DNA of 64,000 nt from PVC group bacterium (GCA_945890715.1 CAMDCX010000004.1:6157-70156), one strand, 5' to 3'; shown: positions 17,693 to 27,728, numbered from the stretch's first letter. Program-made: numbers and translations. Notes: generated by a model not told the origin, from the sequence alone.

Positions 17693-18928
17693 TCATTTCT
17701 TTACCTTCCGCGATGCCGTAGCGGGTGCGAACGCCTCGCCATTCATCTCCACCACCATGCCGGGCGGAAACTGGATGTCTAGATCCTCGACGGAGAGTTT
17801 GCCGGAGATGAGACGGGGAAGAAGTTTATCGCGTATCGCTATTAGCTTCTGGTTTGCACATAGGCTATGTTCGATGGCTTTTAAAAGGGGTGATTCCATC
17901 CGCACAAATTCCATCATAATGGGTTCTGGAGGTGTTAGAATCTCAATACGCTTAAATACACCTTTCGATAGTTCTGCAAATGTTGCACCAACAGCCAGCG
18001 ATTCAAAGTGCGGCTTCGCCAGTTTTATCCAATGATACAGATACGGTAGTGGATAATTTGTATTCGGGATACAGGTTATGAACCCTTGGTTCGTACAGGC
18101 AGGTGTAATATTGATTCCTACTGCTCCAATGGTAGCCCGACTCGTCAGCATCACTGAATATGGCGGAAACATTTTAGCGGAACTATTCTTGAAACCTTCC
18201 TCAGTACATTGCGCACCAGACCTCTCCAAGAAAATGCCTTCTGCACCCGTAATGTCCGAAGGAGTGAACCAGTTAACATCCCCTCCGGCCCAGTAACGCT
18301 CAACATCTTTTGCAGGGGTACCACCTCCGGTGTACTTGAATGCCTGCTCCAATTTCACCAATGTCCACCCCTGTGGCACACCCTTGACGACCTTGACTTT
18401 TTCATGGCCGGGGAAGCGGAGCCGGACGAACCATTCTCGGTAGATTTCCTCTGCCACCTTTTCCAACAACGCGATCCGCCGCTTGTTGTTCTCGATCAGT
18501 TCGTCATACGCGGAGAGGATGGCAGCGATCCGTCGTTGAGTATCCAGTGATTTCGGAAAAATAACTTTAATCTTGTGAAGATGATTCCTATTTAGAGTTG
18601 GATTTGACGACCCCACATCAAACGTCTCCAATTTCAACGTCTGGAGAAAGTAGCTAAGGAATCGCGGAATGTTTCCCTTGAAATCCTTAACCCACAGCGT
18701 CGTGTCGTGAGGCCAACAGTTGCCCCGTACGAAATGAACAGTACCGAGCGTACCTTTTCGTCCGATCACTACACTTGGACCTTTGACCTTCCATTTGTTG
18801 TGGAAACTCGCAATACCCGACGAAGAGACAATGGGCACATTGCCTTCAGATTGCTCACTCTTGGTAATATCGAAACCACGTTGAAACGTGAGCACGTCCC
18901 CGAGTCTAACTTTCTGATATTCGCTCAT
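17693..18928 (-). CDS. hsdS: Type I restriction enzyme S (specificity) subunit
   Basis: Start at ATG 18928, overlapping the hsdM stop (ATGA). It has two target-recognition halves, each followed by a conserved helix ('RRIAAILSAYDELIENNKRRIALLEKVAEEIYREWF' and 'QKLIAIRDKLLPRLISGKL'). It is the most AT-rich gene in the window by eye. Confidence 0.92.
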   Translation of the reverse strand: MSEYQKVRLGDVLTFQRGFDITKSEQSEGNVPIVSSSGIASFHNKWKVKGPSVVIGRKGTLGTVHFVRGNCWPHDTTLWVKDFKGNIPRFLSYFLQTLKLETFDVGSSNPTLNRNHLHKIKVIFPKSLDTQRRIAAILSAYDELIENNKRRIALLEKVAEEIYREWFVRLRFPGHEKVKVVKGVPQGWTLVKLEQAFKYTGGGTPAKDVERYWAGGDVNWFTPSDITGAEGIFLERSGAQCTEEGFKNSSAKMFPPYSVMLTSRATIGAVGINITPACTNQGFITCIPNTNYPLPYLYHWIKLAKPHFESLAVGATFAELSKGVFKRIEILTPPEPIMMEFVRMESPLLKAIEHSLCANQKLIAIRDKLLPRLISGKLSVEDLDIQFPPGMVVEMNGEAFAPATASRKVKK

Positions 18929-21012
18929 ATGTCGCCAACGAGCATATTCAGGTTTCCTAAAAGGACAGACTCTAGCTTCGAACATGCACACGTAAGAGCC
19001 GCCAGTTCATCGCGGATAGAGAGCACATCAGCGATGAACTCCTCCTCCGTTTTCCCGTCCTCCTCAATCACCACGCCCACATAACGGCCGGGATTCAGCG
19101 AATAGTCCTGCTCCTTCACATCCGCAGGGGTGGCAAGCTTGCACAGACCGATAACGTCTTCGTATTCGGCGCTGGGAAATCGTTCCTGCAGCCAGTGGAT
19201 GTGCTGGTAGAAGCTTTCAGCGTGCTTCACTTCCTTGTGTAAGGCCTCCAGCGCGGTCTTCAGCGCCTTGGTTTTGCGGTCTATCGTCGAACGTTTTCCC
19301 TCTGCCAGCGCCAACTCGGCCTCCGCCTTTTCATGCTGGCGGACGGTCTTGTCCAACTGCTTCACGCCTTCATGCAATGCGGCAAAGAAGGGATCGAACG
19401 CTTCGCGCAACTGGTGCTGGGCTTTGTTGACCTTGGCGACATCCATTTTAGGCGCCGACGGCGCGGCGCCCTCCACATATTTTTGGTAACGGGCCTGGAG
19501 CTTGTTGAGGCCAGCCCACTGCTTCACCAGATCGCCCACCGCCTGCTTGCCGGGGGCATCGTCCAACACCTCAAGCAGTTGGGCGGAAATGGGCTCGACG
19601 CTGGCCTTGCTCTCGGTGAGCCGCTGCATCCCGGCGGCAAAGTAGCGGTCAATCAGTTGCACGAACTTGTCGCGCCGTCCCTTATGGAGCTGGCTGATGA
19701 TGGCGATGTTCTGAAGCTGTTCATCCGAAAACTCGCGATGGGCGCGGTCAAGCTGGGTAAAGATGTTTCGGGCATCAATAAAGAGGATACGGTTATCCTT
19801 CTTGGCCTTGTCGAAAAACCACAGTGTGGCCGGGAGCGTAACGGTATAGAACATGTTCGAGGGCAGCGTCAGCATCGCATAGATGAGGTTCTTCTCGATC
19901 AGCGTTTGGCGGATATCAGCCTCGGAGTGGCGGGCATCGGACGCGGAATTGGCCATGACCAATGCGGCGCGGCCCTTGGCATTCAGGGATGTGGCAAACA
20001 GGTTGATCCACAGATAGTTGCCGTTGGGCACGGTCTCCTTACCCTGGTCGGCCTTCTTGGCCTTGGATTTCTTGCGAGGCAGGCCATAGGTGTTGAAGCG
20101 CCGATCCTTCTCGACACTGCTCAGGCTCACGTCATCCACGTTGAACGGCGGATTGGCGAGAACATAGTCGAAGGCGCCGAAACTGCCGTGGGGATCCTCG
20201 TAGTAGGTGTTGGCTTTCTTTACGTCGCCGCGCAATCCGTTCACGGCAAGGTTCATCTTGGCGAGATTGATGGTTTCCTGGGTCTTTTCCTGGCCATAGA
20301 CATACACATCGCTGTCCGCATCGCGAGACAGTTCCTTGCGGTGTTCAGCGATAAAATGGGCCGACTGCACAAACATGCCGCCCGATCCGCAGGCCGGGTC
20401 GAACACCTTGCCGCCATGCGGCTCGATGATCTCGACCATCAGCCGCACCACGGAACGCGGCGTGAAAAACTCGCCGCCCTTCTGTCCTTCGCTCCGGGCG
20501 AATTCCGAGAGAAAATACTCGTAAATTTGCCCGAACAGGTCACCGGTAGCATCCGCCGGGATGTTGGCAAAGTTCTTGAGCAAGTCGTTCGGGATGGTTC
20601 GGGTTTTCTCGTCACGGGTAAGGCGGAAATAATCATCCTTGGGCAGGACGCCTTCGAGTTCGGGCTTGTATTGCTCGACAGCCAGCATGGCCTCCTTAAG
20701 GGCCTTGGCAATATCCTTTTCCTCCGGCAGGTTCAGGAGGTAATCATAGCGGGCATGATCCGGCAGGAAGAACCCGCACTTTTCAATGGCGATATCGGAC
20801 AGCTTCTTTTCGCGCCGTGTCCCCTTGAGCTTCTGGTATTCCGCAATGATGTCGGCTTCGTGGCGGCGGTAATTGTTATCGGCGAACTTCAAGAAGATCA
20901 GTCCGAGCACCGGCGTTGAATACTCGCTCGCTTTGAGATCGGAATTGGCCCGGAGGTTATCTGCTGCTCTCCACAGGTCAGCCTCAAGTTGCTTAAATTG
21001 GATTATGGTCAT
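18925..21012 (-). CDS. hsdM: Type I restriction enzyme M subunit (N6-adenine methyltransferase)
   Basis: AdoMet motif I 'VFDPACGSGGMF', catalytic motif IV 'LANPPFNV' and an N-terminal HsdM_N-like 'LWRAADNLR'. A long coiled-coil insertion precedes the C-terminal 'SLNPGRYVG'. ATG 21012 is preferred over the TTG at 21033. Confidence 0.95.
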   Translation of the reverse strand: MTIIQFKQLEADLWRAADNLRANSDLKASEYSTPVLGLIFLKFADNNYRRHEADIIAEYQKLKGTRREKKLSDIAIEKCGFFLPDHARYDYLLNLPEEKDIAKALKEAMLAVEQYKPELEGVLPKDDYFRLTRDEKTRTIPNDLLKNFANIPADATGDLFGQIYEYFLSEFARSEGQKGGEFFTPRSVVRLMVEIIEPHGGKVFDPACGSGGMFVQSAHFIAEHRKELSRDADSDVYVYGQEKTQETINLAKMNLAVNGLRGDVKKANTYYEDPHGSFGAFDYVLANPPFNVDDVSLSSVEKDRRFNTYGLPRKKSKAKKADQGKETVPNGNYLWINLFATSLNAKGRAALVMANSASDARHSEADIRQTLIEKNLIYAMLTLPSNMFYTVTLPATLWFFDKAKKDNRILFIDARNIFTQLDRAHREFSDEQLQNIAIISQLHKGRRDKFVQLIDRYFAAGMQRLTESKASVEPISAQLLEVLDDAPGKQAVGDLVKQWAGLNKLQARYQKYVEGAAPSAPKMDVAKVNKAQHQLREAFDPFFAALHEGVKQLDKTVRQHEKAEAELALAEGKRSTIDRKTKALKTALEALHKEVKHAESFYQHIHWLQERFPSAEYEDVIGLCKLATPADVKEQDYSLNPGRYVGVVIEEDGKTEEEFIADVLSIRDELAALTCACSKLESVLLGNLNMLVGDI

Positions 21013-21129
21013 TGGCTCATCAACTCCATGCAAACGGCTGGCAGTATTACATGCCCATGAGAGAGAGACAAGAATTCAGGCACAGAGCCACAGTCATTAC
21101 AGCCCATGACCCCATGCGCCGAATTTATT

Positions 21130-23169
21130 TCATTTTGCGAATGGCCGAAATCGTAGGGCCACCAGGGTAAAATCGGGTGTGCCCGGTGCCTCCGGCTCGA
21201 ACATCAACACCACCTGCCGGAGTGAGGTCAGGGCCGGAGTGGCGGGAAGCGGAATGGTCAGCGTCTCCCTGCGGCCTGTCGGACGGAACCGAACCGCCAG
21301 CTCATTGCCGTAAGCACGGCCGGTAGCGGCCTGGCCTTCAAACCGAATCACCGCCCGCAATGCGGGCCCGCGGTTCCGATAGGCAATCGTTAGTTCCCCG
21401 TCGGCCAACGAAACTCCTGTCCCTCTCGCTGGAAAGGTCCATGTCACCGCCCCCTGCTTCCCCGCCTCGCCCCGGAGCCGGTACCCGCGCCAGCCGCGCT
21501 CGCCCCACACGACCGCACCCTGTGCCGACCAGGTTGCCGCCTGAGTCCCCGATCCGAGAAAACCCAGCCGATCCCCGACCGGCCTGAGCCGCGCCAGTTC
21601 CGCCTGGAGTCCTTTCGATTCCAGATAACGCTTCAGGCTTGCCGATCCCTGCCCCACTCCCCCGAGAATCAAGGACAACACATGCGCCGTTGTCTGGCAC
21701 TGGATCGGAGTCCCATCCTGCATTCGCATTCCCTCCCAAGGTCCGTGTTCGGTGAATAAAGCCGATATCCCGCCCCACTGTTCGTTCAGGAAGGATTCCA
21801 CCTCGCGCGGCAAAATCTCATGAGCCACTCCCAGCGTATAGAGTGATGGCGCATTGGTAATCCGGGGAGGCTCATTCACCACGGCCAATTCGGGGATTCC
21901 CACCCGGCCAGTATATTCGATTCCCTGTCCCGAGTAGGATTCCGAGAGAAACCCCGGCAGGTTCCCCCGCCTCGAGTAGTCCAGATTGATCCGTACCGCG
22001 TTTTCCAGCACCGCACGCCACCCCGGCGAGGAGCGCTCATCCATGAATAGCGACAATCCCAACGCCTGAAAGGCCGAGCCCTCCCACGGCGCGAGCGTGA
22101 ACAGTTCGCGTCCGTTGGCTAGAATCCGGCTCTTGATCCTGAAGCCCAGGTTCCGCACGGGATCCACGGGAAACCCGTAGCGGATCACCACGAATTCCGT
22201 CGGACCCCGGAATTCATTGACGAGATAATCCGCGTATCCAACCTGCCAGGCTCCACTGGCATCGCCCCACCCGATGAAGCGACGATCCGTGGCGTTCCAG
22301 CCAAAACGGAACAGTCCTCGCTGTGAATCATACAAAAACTCATAGCCCGCCCGTTGCGCCTCCAGAAACGCTTCCATTTTTTTCCGGATGCGTATCGCCG
22401 CAGGATTGTCGCGAATCTCCGGAGACAACAAAGCGCCTTCAGCTTTCGCCACCGAGGCGGCGAGATTAGCATTGTCGCCAAACACCAACTGCACCACACG
22501 CTGATCAAGGATGGCCAGAATCCGGTCACGAATTTCAGGAGAGGCATAAGGAGCCAGGGCGCCCTCAAAGCCCGCCTGACCATACCCCTGCTCCCGCCTG
22601 ATCTCGGCTCCGGCATCGTCCCGCCAGGCGTAAAGCCAGCCGCGTGCCTTGAGAGCCTGCCAGATGGCCTCGCCAACTTCGGCGCCAAAGACCTCTTGAA
22701 ACTCCTTCTTGTGCGCCGCCGAAGCCAGGGGTCCGACCCGCCGCTCCGGCTCGAACCCCATGAAATTGCAGAGGAGTCCGCGTTCAGCCAGGCGAGGGTC
22801 GCGCTGGTCTTCCAGCAGACACTCCATCAGCTGTTCAAGCCGTTCCAGCGCCTCCGCGCGTGACACATGGGGCGACACCACCGTTCCGGCGGCAAAATGG
22901 GAAAGCAACTCCAGCCACGACCCAATCGCGGTCAGCTGGGTGAAGTTCCGCAATCTCAGGCCTGTCGCCGGATCGTCATTCCACCCTTCGGCAGGATAGC
23001 CGGACTTCGGATCGAACACCCCCTGCCCGGGCCGGACATAGCCCAGCGCATTGTCAACCAGATCGCGCATCGCTCCCTTTGCCCAGACGGTCTCACACCA
23101 GAGGCCCGCCACCAACCCCAGCAGGGCAGCGCATCGCACACGGTTCCAGTTGACAGAAGAAACATTCAT
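21130..23169 (-). CDS. Secreted protein, possible (alpha/alpha)6-barrel glycosidase-like domain (DUF3131/glucoamylase-like) plus C-terminal beta domain
   Basis: 679 aa with a signal peptide. Blocks such as 'FGWNATDRRFIGWGDASGAWQVGYADYLVNEF' and 'APWEGSAFQALGLSLFMDE' resemble glucoamylase-like folds. The family assignment is from memory only. Confidence 0.45.
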   Translation of the reverse strand: MNVSSVNWNRVRCAALLGLVAGLWCETVWAKGAMRDLVDNALGYVRPGQGVFDPKSGYPAEGWNDDPATGLRLRNFTQLTAIGSWLELLSHFAAGTVVSPHVSRAEALERLEQLMECLLEDQRDPRLAERGLLCNFMGFEPERRVGPLASAAHKKEFQEVFGAEVGEAIWQALKARGWLYAWRDDAGAEIRREQGYGQAGFEGALAPYASPEIRDRILAILDQRVVQLVFGDNANLAASVAKAEGALLSPEIRDNPAAIRIRKKMEAFLEAQRAGYEFLYDSQRGLFRFGWNATDRRFIGWGDASGAWQVGYADYLVNEFRGPTEFVVIRYGFPVDPVRNLGFRIKSRILANGRELFTLAPWEGSAFQALGLSLFMDERSSPGWRAVLENAVRINLDYSRRGNLPGFLSESYSGQGIEYTGRVGIPELAVVNEPPRITNAPSLYTLGVAHEILPREVESFLNEQWGGISALFTEHGPWEGMRMQDGTPIQCQTTAHVLSLILGGVGQGSASLKRYLESKGLQAELARLRPVGDRLGFLGSGTQAATWSAQGAVVWGERGWRGYRLRGEAGKQGAVTWTFPARGTGVSLADGELTIAYRNRGPALRAVIRFEGQAATGRAYGNELAVRFRPTGRRETLTIPLPATPALTSLRQVVLMFEPEAPGTPDFTLVALRFRPFAK

Positions 23170-23294
23170 TGATGAACGGGCATCATAATCGTCAGCCTTT
23201 CGTTCTTCAAATCAATACAAACAAATTCAATAACTTTGTGTTGCAAAGTAGTTTGCGATATGCAACTCTAGGGTTATCTCAAGAAGGAGAAGCC

Positions 23295-23936
23295 ATGATT
23301 GCAAACCATATCCATGACGCGCTCGGGCAGGTTGATCGGATGCGGGATCTGATCCTCGACCGCCGACGCTTCCTCGGCTATTCAGGTACGGCACGGATGC
23401 TCGGCGGGGCAGTCGCCTTGGCCGTGGCCCTCGTACTTGACCGCGTGGAAGCCCTGCACACACCACTGCTCCAACTGGCGGGCTGGACTCTTGTGCTTGC
23501 CACCGCCCTGCTCCTTAATTACGGCGGACTGGCACTCTGGTTTTTCCGCCGCCGGGGAAGCCTGAGGCCTCTTGCTGAACTCCGTCCCGCTCTGGAGGTG
23601 CTCCCCGCCCTCGCCATCGGAGCCGCGCTCAGCCTCGCACTGGTGTTGCGCGGACACTACGACCTATTGTTCGGCGTCTGGATGGGCCTCTATGGGCTTG
23701 CCCATATGGGCTACCGACATTCTCTGCCCCGGGGAATTATTGCCGTGGGTCTGTTCTATCAGGCGGCGGGCATCGCCTGCCTCCTCACACCCAGCATCAG
23801 TTTCCTGAACCCCTGGCCCATGGGTCTTGTCTTTTTCGCCGGCGAAAGTATTGGAGGTTGGATCTTGCGGAGCGGCCCTGTCGAGGAGCCTCTGGAGAAT
23901 AGTGAGGAGGAGCCTAGCCATGAAGCACCCTGTTGA
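23295..23936 (+). CDS. Polytopic membrane protein, unknown function (first gene of a six-gene operon)
   Basis: ATG 23295 is preceded by AAGGAG. About 213 aa with 5-6 hydrophobic segments and an acidic C-terminal tail. Confidence 0.6.
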   Translation: MIANHIHDALGQVDRMRDLILDRRRFLGYSGTARMLGGAVALAVALVLDRVEALHTPLLQLAGWTLVLATALLLNYGGLALWFFRRRGSLRPLAELRPALEVLPALAIGAALSLALVLRGHYDLLFGVWMGLYGLAHMGYRHSLPRGIIAVGLFYQAAGIACLLTPSISFLNPWPMGLVFFAGESIGGWILRSGPVEEPLENSEEEPSHEAPC

Positions 23937-24306
23937 ACCTGATGTTACTACCCTGGAACGCATTTTCCATGAACCCAACCGGATGGCCATCCTGTCCGCG
24001 CTCTGCGCCTCAGGCGATCCGCTATCTTTTATTGAACTAAAAACACTCGCCGGGCTGACCGATGGCAATCTCAGCCGTCACCTCAAGGCGCTGGAAGAGG
24101 CTGGAGTGATCCGCATCAGCAAAACCTTTGTTGGAGTCAAACCCCGGACGACCGTGACACTTACGGAAAAGGGCCTGAAGCGGTTTGATGACTATTTGTC
24201 CGCTCTTTCAGATGTGTTGAAAAAAGCAAAGCTAGCCATGGCAACAGACAGAAGAATGGGGTGGGCGCCGACCTCCGGGCGGCGGCAGATAGTGAAAGGC
24301 ACATAA
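23920..24306 (+). CDS. Winged-helix transcriptional regulator (ArsR/HTH_34-like)
   Basis: ATG 23920 with a GAGGAGG RBS. 'FHEPNRMAILSALCASGDPLSFIELKTLAGLTDGNLSRHLKALEEAGVIRISK'. It overlaps the upstream gene by 17 nt. Confidence 0.7.
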   Translation: MKHPVEPDVTTLERIFHEPNRMAILSALCASGDPLSFIELKTLAGLTDGNLSRHLKALEEAGVIRISKTFVGVKPRTTVTLTEKGLKRFDDYLSALSDVLKKAKLAMATDRRMGWAPTSGRRQIVKGT

Positions 24307-25418
24307 TGACTCGTTGGCCAAAAATATTAGCCGGCTGGGTCGGAGGCATAGCCTTACTGATCGGGATGCCGCTGCTCGGCGTCTGGCTGTCGGGCGTCCC
24401 GGTGGCGCCCTATCTGGAAATGCCGCCCCGCACCGACTTTGTGACACACGCGGCATTCTCATGGCCACTCTTTTGTGGACTGGCCACTTTGATCATGGCG
24501 GTCATCAGCCCGTTTGTGTTCCGCATCATTCGCACTCATGGGGCGCGGACATCTTTCCCATGTCCGACGGATACGGGATGCTTTCCCTGGTGGGGCTGGC
24601 TGGGAGTGCTCACGGTACTCGTCGCTTGGGCTCTCGCCTGGACACGATTTCCCTGGTTCGTGCCCTTCCAGCCCTTCACCTTCACTCCACTCTGGCTGGC
24701 CTATATCGTGATCATGAACGCCCTGGCCTACCGGCGAACCGGCCGCTCGCCGCTCACCCACCGCACCCTGCCCTATCTCGCACTATTCCCCATGAGTGCC
24801 GTGTTCTGGTGGTTCTTCGAGTATCTGAACCGTTTCGTTCAGAACTGGCATTACATCGGTATCGTCCCCCTGACGGCGGAGGAATACGTCCTGCGCGCCA
24901 CCTTGCCCTTTGCCACCGTCCTGCCCGCCTTTGTCGCCACCCGTGCCTGGCTGGCCAGTTATCCCGGACTCACCGCAGGGCTGGTCAACTGCCGCCCCGT
25001 CGTCGTGCGGCAGCCGCACCGCCTCGCCTGGCTGACCCTGGGCGTGGCGGCTGCTGGCCTCGCTGGAATCGGCATCTGGCACGAGGTTCTGTTTCCCTTG
25101 CTCTGGATTTCCCCGCTGATCATCATGGGCTCCATCCGGTCATTAAATGAGAAAGCCACACTTCTCAACGATCCCGCCCGCGGCGATTGGCGCCGACTCG
25201 TTCTGGCGGCAACCGCTGCACTGGTATGCGGCTTCTTCTGGGAGATGTGGAACCTCCTCAGTCTGGAAAAGTGGATTTACACCGTGCCATTTGTGGACCG
25301 CTTTCATGTCTTTGAAATGCCCCTTCTCGGCTATGCCGGCTATCTCCCTTTCGGGATCGAATGCGCCTTGATCGCGGAATGGGTTGGACTGACAGGAAAG
25401 GAGCACGCTGATGAATAA
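24306..25418 (+). CDS. Polytopic membrane protein with two-fold internal repeat, unknown function
   Basis: Its ATG overlaps the upstream stop (TAATG). The repeated blocks are 'TPLWLAYIVIM...VFWWFFEYLNRFVQNWHYIGIVP' and 'PLLWISPLIIM...CGFFWEMWNLLSLEKWIYTVPF'. Confidence 0.7.
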   Translation: MTRWPKILAGWVGGIALLIGMPLLGVWLSGVPVAPYLEMPPRTDFVTHAAFSWPLFCGLATLIMAVISPFVFRIIRTHGARTSFPCPTDTGCFPWWGWLGVLTVLVAWALAWTRFPWFVPFQPFTFTPLWLAYIVIMNALAYRRTGRSPLTHRTLPYLALFPMSAVFWWFFEYLNRFVQNWHYIGIVPLTAEEYVLRATLPFATVLPAFVATRAWLASYPGLTAGLVNCRPVVVRQPHRLAWLTLGVAAAGLAGIGIWHEVLFPLLWISPLIIMGSIRSLNEKATLLNDPARGDWRRLVLAATAALVCGFFWEMWNLLSLEKWIYTVPFVDRFHVFEMPLLGYAGYLPFGIECALIAEWVGLTGKEHADE

Positions 25419-27450
25419 TCCCCTGTTTCGGGCAAAGCTGTTCGCCGCTTCCTGGTTCTTCGCTGTCGCCCCAATATTCTCATACGGCGAAAGTATTCAG
25501 GGGAGAGTCAGTGATGGCACACCAGACTATTCTGAGTGGCGCTTTCAGCGTCTTGAGCGTGTCATGGCGAGTTTCAATCCAGAAAAGGACAGGGCCGTCA
25601 AAGGGAACCAAGCTGTCATGGAAGCCTTGATGCCCTTTGTAGAGACACGCAAACCGATACCCAACGTCACTGTTATATTGCGTCAAAAATCCACCGTCCT
25701 TGGAGGCAAAGACTTTCTCCTCCAGACCGTCACCAACCCTCAAGGTAAATTCACCTTCTCAGACACGCCGCGGGGTGAGTATTGCGTCACGGCAGAAGTG
25801 AACCCAAGAGGGTGGACGCGACCCGTCCAGATACGAAAAGAGGTTGAACATTACCACTCTTCCGACTCCGTAGATCTTGTTTATTACTCAGACGCCGCCA
25901 TAGTAAGGGGAATAATCACAGACCGTGCGGGGCGTCCCATCGCATCCGCCCAAGTAACTGCCACTGACTACAGCCACAATCAGGAAACGTCTCAAGAGGG
26001 CGCCGTTCAGTCCCATGTCGTATCAACACGATCAGCCCGTGATGGATCCTATGAACTTGCGGGACTCATTCCCGGAAACGCCTATTCCGGGCCCGCGACT
26101 TACGATATTCACGCCGAAAAGGAAGGATTTGTAACAACAGAGATGAGGGTGCCAGTTGCCACGGAAGTCGTGTATTCGGCGCACACACGGTTAATACGGC
26201 TCCTGCTCGAGAGCCAGGGACATACCGGAAAGGCGCGGCTGGCGGAGTGGAAACGAGAGACACAGCTTCAGCCTTCCCGCAAAGGAAATAGTCTATCCGG
26301 AATTAACCTGAGCCTGGGTACACCCTCGGCTCTCTCGGGCCGTGTGTCGGATCCGCAAAACAGGCCTCTGTCGGGATGCGAGGTCTGGCTGGCTCCGGTC
26401 AAGGATCGATGGCGGCCCCTTGTCCAAGATGTCCCCGACCCGAAGCGCGTCTGCACCGACCCGGGGGGCGCCTTTGAGTGTCGCGGTATTCCCGCAGGGC
26501 AATACAAGATCCATGTCGGCAAGGATCACAGGTGGATTACTGCCGGTTCTACAAATTTCATCGTTGGAGAAGGGCAAGTGGTAACAGGGATGAACCTGCA
26601 AATCGATTTTCACCCGCTGGGTCGGATCGAGGCAACCGTAAGAAAGAGGGATGGCGGGGGCCCTATTACCAATTTCGCCGCTACTGTAGGGTCGGTGGCC
26701 AGCCCGAACGAGTACTGCACCACAACGGGCACCGTGAAATTAAACTCCGCAGGTTGCGGCACTTTTTCAGTCGAGAACATCTCGCCGGGCAAAGCCAAAC
26801 TGGAGATAACCGCACCGGGCTTCGCCCCCGAACATCTTCCTATGGACATCCACCCAGGCCAGACGGCTCCCCTGCATATTCAAATGACAAGGTCAGGCAC
26901 TGCCGTCGCGCGGGTGATCCGAGACAACGCACCACTTCAGCATTCAGAGAACCTGCAGGCGTTTTCCGAGGAGACGCACACCGTTACGTATGGACGGAAC
27001 GGCTTGCATGAAATCCCCAAGCTCAAGCCAGGCTGCTATATCATCAGAGCTCATGTTTTTGACGCGGAAAAATGTGTCCGTTACGAGACAGCTCCGATCA
27101 TCATCGAGGCTGATAAAACAAATTGTGTAACGCTGGATTTTAGTGGCAATAACACACTTGCCATCTCCCTCGCTATGCCCCCGGATCGTTCGGCGCAGAT
27201 TTGGGTTGAATCGTCAGGGGCTCCGATGGACCAGCCATTTGAAAAGAACTTGGGCATGGTTGCTTACCTATGGCCAGACTGGCCCGGAATATATGAGGTC
27301 AAGCATTTGCGCCCGGGCGCCTATCGTGTTTACGCCCAGCTGATTGATCCGGAAAAGGGCCATGCCGCCACTACCAAGTTACTCGCGAAACAATGCCAAA
27401 CAGTTACTTTAAAGGAAGGAAAGGCGGTTGCCGTGGACTTCCGCTTCTGA
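25411..27450 (+). CDS. Secreted protein with several carboxypeptidase-regulatory-like (Ig-like beta-sandwich) repeats
   Basis: Signal peptide. Recurrent 'G.V.D..G.P...A.V' units (for example 'IVRGIITDRAGRPIASAQVTA' and 'LSGRVSDPQNRPLSGCEVWLA'). The C-terminus is '..AVAVDFRF'. Confidence 0.7.
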   Translation: MNNPLFRAKLFAASWFFAVAPIFSYGESIQGRVSDGTPDYSEWRFQRLERVMASFNPEKDRAVKGNQAVMEALMPFVETRKPIPNVTVILRQKSTVLGGKDFLLQTVTNPQGKFTFSDTPRGEYCVTAEVNPRGWTRPVQIRKEVEHYHSSDSVDLVYYSDAAIVRGIITDRAGRPIASAQVTATDYSHNQETSQEGAVQSHVVSTRSARDGSYELAGLIPGNAYSGPATYDIHAEKEGFVTTEMRVPVATEVVYSAHTRLIRLLLESQGHTGKARLAEWKRETQLQPSRKGNSLSGINLSLGTPSALSGRVSDPQNRPLSGCEVWLAPVKDRWRPLVQDVPDPKRVCTDPGGAFECRGIPAGQYKIHVGKDHRWITAGSTNFIVGEGQVVTGMNLQIDFHPLGRIEATVRKRDGGGPITNFAATVGSVASPNEYCTTTGTVKLNSAGCGTFSVENISPGKAKLEITAPGFAPEHLPMDIHPGQTAPLHIQMTRSGTAVARVIRDNAPLQHSENLQAFSEETHTVTYGRNGLHEIPKLKPGCYIIRAHVFDAEKCVRYETAPIIIEADKTNCVTLDFSGNNTLAISLAMPPDRSAQIWVESSGAPMDQPFEKNLGMVAYLWPDWPGIYEVKHLRPGAYRVYAQLIDPEKGHAATTKLLAKQCQTVTLKEGKAVAVDFRF

Positions 27451-27452
27451 AC

Positions 27453-27728
27453 ATGAATTTCAAGTTAAGATGGCTTGCCGCTTTCCTTGTGGCAACGATG
27501 CTCATGGGCCTCAGTGCCTCGTTCTCCAGGCCCTCCATCATCCAGCAGATGGCCTTCTGTGCCCCGGCAGCGCATCTTGCCGGATTCCTGTCCGGTGCTC
27601 CCTGTGTAAAGGATGGCGACAACTACCGCCTGATCGGATCGAACCTTGATCTCACCGTAGTTCCCGCCTGCGCGGCAACGGACTATTTCTGCATGATGTC
27701 GGGCTTCCTGAGTCTGCTGGCAGCCTAG
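27453..27728 (+). CDS. Small signal-peptide/membrane protein with an exosortase-like segment
   Basis: 91 aa. The ATG is 2 nt after the upstream stop. 'AAHLAGFLSGAPCVKDGDNYRLIGSNLDLTVVPACAATDYFCMMSGFLSLL' resembles the segment leading into the exosortase catalytic Cys. Confidence 0.4.
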   Translation: MNFKLRWLAAFLVATMLMGLSASFSRPSIIQQMAFCAPAAHLAGFLSGAPCVKDGDNYRLIGSNLDLTVVPACAATDYFCMMSGFLSLLAA

